A DNA stretch of 60,042 nucleotides, filler included, from Circinaria calcarea (taxonomy: Eukaryota): the NCBI GenBank assembly GCA_051942165.1. It is 10 parts of 10 records of this genome, joined end to end, with 100 filler letters (N's around TTAATTAATTAA, not from the genome) between each part and the next. Parts side by side here need not be neighbours in the genome. Positions count along the whole stretch, not along the records: positions 54,146 to 60,042 come from JAVECS010001749.1; 9 more parts are not named here. One strand, given 5' to 3'. The position numbers and the translations under genes are program-made. Position 1 is the first letter of the stretch, and the number at the start of each line of letters is the position of its first letter. Positions 57,101 through 60,042 of this stretch are shown one piece after another. The notes under the pieces were generated by a model. The model was not told the origin of the DNA. It did no database searches and worked only from the letters and a program-made list of their open reading frames with translations.

Positions 57101-60042
57101 TCTTTTCTGGCCAAGGCAGCTTGTACTATGGAATGGGAAGAGATTTGATGAAATCGTCCTCTTCATTTAGGGCATCGATCACACAATGCAATACCATAAT
57201 AACAGAATTAGGGTTTGATAGCATTCTCGAGTATATTTCTGGAGACACGCTGCCTCGACCAGATCCTCAAGTCAACGACATTATCATCTCGCAATGTGCT
57301 TGCGTTGCACTGGAGTATTCCGTAGCACAGCTCCTTATGTCGATGAATATCAAGCCGAATTATGTGGCAGGACACAGGTGCGCGCCCCAAACACTTTATA
57401 GAGAATAAAGGCTGATTATGTTCAAGTTTGGGTGAGTATGCCGCGCTTATCGTTTCAGGTGCTATAACCTTAGAGGACGCCTTGTTTATTGTTGCCAATC
57501 GAGCTCGAGTCATGACGGAGCAATGCGCACCTGGTTCATCCGGCATGGCCGCATGCCAGTTATCTCCTTCAAAAGCCGACGCTTTGATTGCCGGCAATGC
57601 TAGCATGTCGCGTTTGAGCGTTGCATGTAGGAACAGCGAGGACGCTTGTGTTATTTCTGGTCCATTGACTCAGCTCGACGTTTTTCAGATGATGTCCTCA
57701 AAGCAAGGAATCAAAAGCAAGAGATTGGCCGTGCCCTATGGATTTCACTCCGAGGCCATGGATCCAATCGTCATGGCCTTGCGTGAGCTTGGAAAATCTG
57801 TACTATGGCGTACACCTGCGATCCCCGTTGCATCTAATGTTTCGGGCCGTTTGTTGAATCCAGAGGATTTTGGGCCAGACTATTTTGCAATCCACGCGCG
57901 GCAACCGGTTCGCTTCTCGGACATTGCCCAATGTTTGCAGAGGATAGGAGCCCTTGACGAGGCTGTCTGGATTGAGGTAGGCCCTCATCCAACAACTCTT
58001 CCAATGATGCAACGTTCGGCCAACACGACATGTCAACTATTTCCGTCAATGCAGAAAGACAAGGATTCGTGGACTTTGCTGTACAATATCCTCGGCTATT
58101 TCTATAGGAGTAGAGATGATATCAACTGGCGCAGTGTCTTCGAACCTAATATGAGGATGCTTGACCTCCCAGGACATCCGCTGGTCAGCACGCCTTTCTC
58201 AGTGCCTTATAAAGAATCCAGTCCGGTTGCATTAAGCTCCGAGCAAGACGTGGCCCTCTCCACACATACCGGTTTCATTCTTCTGCCAAGGCGGCTGACA
58301 TGTGACTCTACACCCGAGAACACAAGCTCTGTCTTCGAGACTACAATGGGAGTCCTTGGTCAACATATCGCCGGCCATAATGTTGGAGGGACTGCAATCT
58401 GCCCCGCCTCGGTCTTTTTTGAACTTGCACTGGAGGCTGCTCGAGCTACTGTCACGCTCGATTCTGATTGCCTGTTAATAGGTCAAGAGATAAGCTTCGC
58501 GAATCCACTAATTTACGACTCCAACAACAGCAGCCAGCCAATCCGTGTACACCTGGTCCAACCAAAGACTCAGTCTGGGAGTGCATCGGACATCAGAGTT
58601 ACCATTAGCACGATCCAATCTGACAAAGAAATCCACTGTTGCAGTACCACTCTCTCTATTAAAGGCTACTCCGAAGTGAGGCGGAGCCTAGTCAAGGATG
58701 GTGCACTTGCCAACCGACAGAGACAGCACTTTTCGCATGGCAATACCGTCCACAGTACTTTTCACAAAAAGCTCCTCTATGAGACTATCTTTACTCGTGT
58801 GGTGACTTATTCGGCCGAGTATCAAAGCTTGGTAACATTCAGCATCTCGAGTTCTAGTGATGAGGGCTTTGGTTCGTTTAAATTGCCATCAACCTCTCAT
58901 AAGGACAGATGCTTGATACCTCCTGTCTTCACTGATACGCTGCTGCATGCTGCCGGATTTGCTGCGAATTTGAGTGTTTCCTCTGGCGAGATATGTATTT
59001 GCAGCCACATCGGATCTGTGGAGATTCTCGATGACACCAACTTCGACAATGACTTTACAATATATTGCAGTCTTTTTGATAACGCGAATGGTAGCATCCT
59101 AGCGGATGCGATCGTCTCGGACTTTACTAGAGCAGCGTGCGCTACTATTCGGGGCATCGAGTTCAAGAAACTCCGTCTAACTTCTTTCCAGAGGCTTCTT
59201 CAGAACGCGGCTATACGCCCAACCAAAACGATATCACATCCAGAACTAGCACCACGTCCATCCTTAATAAGGGATCAGGACCCAGCCACAGCTTTGACTG
59301 GTCCTCAACCCCTAGCGGTGGACACTCGGGCTAGAGTTCGGGACACTGTGAGTAACATTCTTGAGGAGGTTTATGGCTCGAACGAAATTAATCCGACGCT
59401 TTCACTGGAATCACTCGGCATTGACTCCTTGATGCAAATCGAGATTGCCTCAAAACTGAGAGACTCCTTTCCAGAGACCAACATGAGTCCAAATGATCTA
59501 ATGCAATGCGAGTCGCTCGACGCACTGGAAAACTATCTTATTTCGGCAATTTCAACTCCCGCTTTGACACTCTCAGGCAACGTGACGCCTGAGTTAAGCT
59601 CTTCAGAGTCAAATGACGGTGCCTGCGCTCAAGTGCGAGATCCCCCGATTGGGCTGATTGGTCAGGTCTACGGTTCCCAAGAGCTTGACTATTCGAAGTC
59701 GCCGGATTCGCTAGGGACTGATCCCCTAACGCAGTTCGGGAATGCCACGAGTTTGGAAACTCCTGCCACTAACTTTGCCCATCACAATCTACTACAGCAA
59801 GATATCCTCCAAGTCGTCGAGGACACTCTGGAACGTAACGTCCAGCCAAAACAAAATCATAACAACAACGCACAGCATTTCGCATCTGAAAGAGTATCAT
59901 CCACTACTAATGGCGAGGTTACACAAACAAGCGTTTCCAAGAACGTCGTTGGATCCCTAAAGAAAAACCCTTTGCTCTTGCATGCTTCCGAAAGTCCGAA
60001 CCTACCTATATATCTGTTTCATGATGGCAGTGGGCAGGTTGG
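54146..60042 (+). CDS. Non-reducing iterative type I polyketide synthase (SAT-KS-AT-PT-ACP-[vestigial ACP]-TE), both ends truncated, 5 introns seen
   Basis: SAT LFGGQG and [36 protein letters not shown], spliced [27 protein letters not shown] and [21 protein letters not shown] start [11 protein letters not shown]. Confidence 0.95.

Noticed and set aside
10652..60042. Secondary-metabolite cluster made of PKS, methyltransferase, MFS, GMC oxidoreductase and esterase
   Set aside because: The genes sit on different length-sorted contigs, so there is no evidence of linkage.
1..60042. tRNA, rRNA, telomeric repeats or CRISPR arrays
   Set aside because: None seen by eye. A tRNAscan-SE/Rfam scan would be needed to exclude small RNA genes.

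Overview
This is fungal (Pezizomycotina-like ascomycete) genomic DNA with GT-AG introns. It is not one locus. Ten contigs of monotonically decreasing length (5927, 5925, 5923, 5919, 5919, 5914, 5913, 5905, 5900, 5897 bp) are joined by identical artificial 100-bp spacers (N44-TTAATTAATTAA-N44), so no synteny can be inferred across spacers and many genes are truncated. Recognisable genes are NDUFAF3-like, an SDR, a cytochrome-less cellobiose-dehydrogenase-like GMC oxidoreductase, a SAM methyltransferase, a GDSL esterase, RPS7, RPS19, a GHITM/Bax-inhibitor family gene, an MFS transporter (frameshifted), BCD1, an APH-family phosphotransferase, a Ran1/Pat1-like kinase, a GTPBP1/2-like GTPase, a mitochondrial carrier, PEP7/Vac1, MET8 and a non-reducing PKS. 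The most unusual observations are: (1) in contig 1, a decayed minus-strand gene that, read through stops and frameshifts, encodes a GIY-YIG-like nuclease domain followed by seven Myb/SANT-like repeats; (2) a degenerate direct repeat bracketing an orphan secreted-protein gene between divergent PEP7 and MET8; (3) an NR-PKS whose second ACP has lost its phosphopantetheine serine; (4) a tandem duplication of the 5' end of a probable Leashin/Lah gene. All family calls come from motif recognition, not database searches.
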